The notes under the pieces are model-generated. The model worked only from the letters and a program-made list of their open reading frames with translations. It made no database searches and was not told where the DNA came from. This document shows, in pieces, positions 63,043 through 64,000 of a stretch of 64,000 nt of DNA. The stretch comes from Antedon mediterranea (taxonomy: Eukaryota > Animalia > Echinodermata), in NCBI RefSeq assembly GCF_964355755.1, contig NC_092674.1, positions 23,808,001 to 23,872,000 of the forward strand. Direction: 5' to 3'. Position 1 is the first letter of the stretch; each line of letters starts with the position of its first letter. The translations under genes and the position numbers were made by a program.

Positions 63043-64000
63043 TGTGCAGTATACATTGATCTATGAGAGATGCACATATCATTCCCACCAGGTGCGCCGT
63101 TGGTGAAGATAATGCATCTTCTTTCTTTATTAGGCCCTAGTTGTATTTTTTTTTTTATAACAATTATATTGTAGACTCTTTATAATAAAAATATTTTTGG
63201 AGTGGACATGTATGTTATGGCCATCTGAATATCAATGAGTGTGCTTTTTAATTTAAAATTAAATTATAATAATAGACGGTACTCGTGATGTCATGGTCGA
63301 TGGATTTTACTACTGCCTATAGCCGGCCCCAAAGGTGAAATATTTATCAAAGCTCGAAATTAGCTGGTAAGTAACCAACCACCCTATATCCATTGAAAAC
63401 ATTACGCCAGTCCTATAATATAAAATGTTTACTTTACCTTTCTGCCCAATTGACGAAATGTAGTATTGAGAAGGCTGCCAGCAGGTATAAACATCTTGTA
63501 GCTTACTTATGAGTGACTTCGGCAGCAATGACCGGTAACCGAACTAGACTGTTTACTAAAACTATTGGGATGAGCCGATCACAATGTGGAATTTTACAAT
63601 TCACTGAACCATCCGATTTCTCAGGTGATGGTACTTTAAACAACTATAGTTATTGTAGTTGTAGGTTGACTACTTGATTCAAGAGATCATTCTTTTATAA
63701 ATGCTTACAATGCTGTAAGAAATTTGATTTTTTGGTATGTTTACACCAACCACCTTGCATTGCAAAACCATTGTAATTTTCCCAATTAATGAATGCGATG
63801 AATATGAATTTGAGTAAAAGTTTAAGACCGACGAATCTATTTCAGACTAGTAGGCGCGCCTAAAGTAGTGGTCGTATTGTCCTATCATGGCAGGAAGAAA
63901 ACTTCTAATTCTTGGGCACATTGATCTTTTAAACCATTTTAACAGTTTTTATTTTGACTAGCATCTCGCCCTGGTAAAATATTTGATCCGCGCAAATTCA

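Overview
AT-rich, intron-rich animal genomic DNA; an invertebrate deuterostome such as an echinoderm is my inference, not shown. Host genes: (1) the 3' 12 exons of a + strand gene with (I/V/F)NG(x)D(L/I/V) repeats followed by EPTP/EAR-like repeats (390-10252); (2) a complete 7-exon myelin proteolipid/M6-family gene on the - strand (12220-21640); (3) a cluster of intronless, atypical rhodopsin-class GPCRs on the + strand (4 intact, 1 truncated chimera; 23431-33091), partly created by a ~5.3-kb tandem duplication that also copied the M6 promoter and exons 1-2; (4) a glycine amidinotransferase (GATM/AGAT)-like gene on the - strand (34706-49901; first exon not found). The rest is a dense mobilome: a 5S-derived SINE; Harbinger-, Kolobok-, hAT-, P- and IS3EU-type MITEs; two Academ-type elements, one a fold-back with ~2-kb arms; three Helitron units; and a Helitron > LINE > young Gypsy LTR nest. 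The most notable signals are a GPCR array with a nucleotide-homogenised TM3-ICL2-TM4 core but hypervariable extracellular segments, paralog-pair evidence that TAGGCCTA and TACTGTA arise by insertion at TA, and hammerhead ribozyme motifs upstream of two GPCRs. Coordinates were read by eye; family names come from recalled motif knowledge, not searches.
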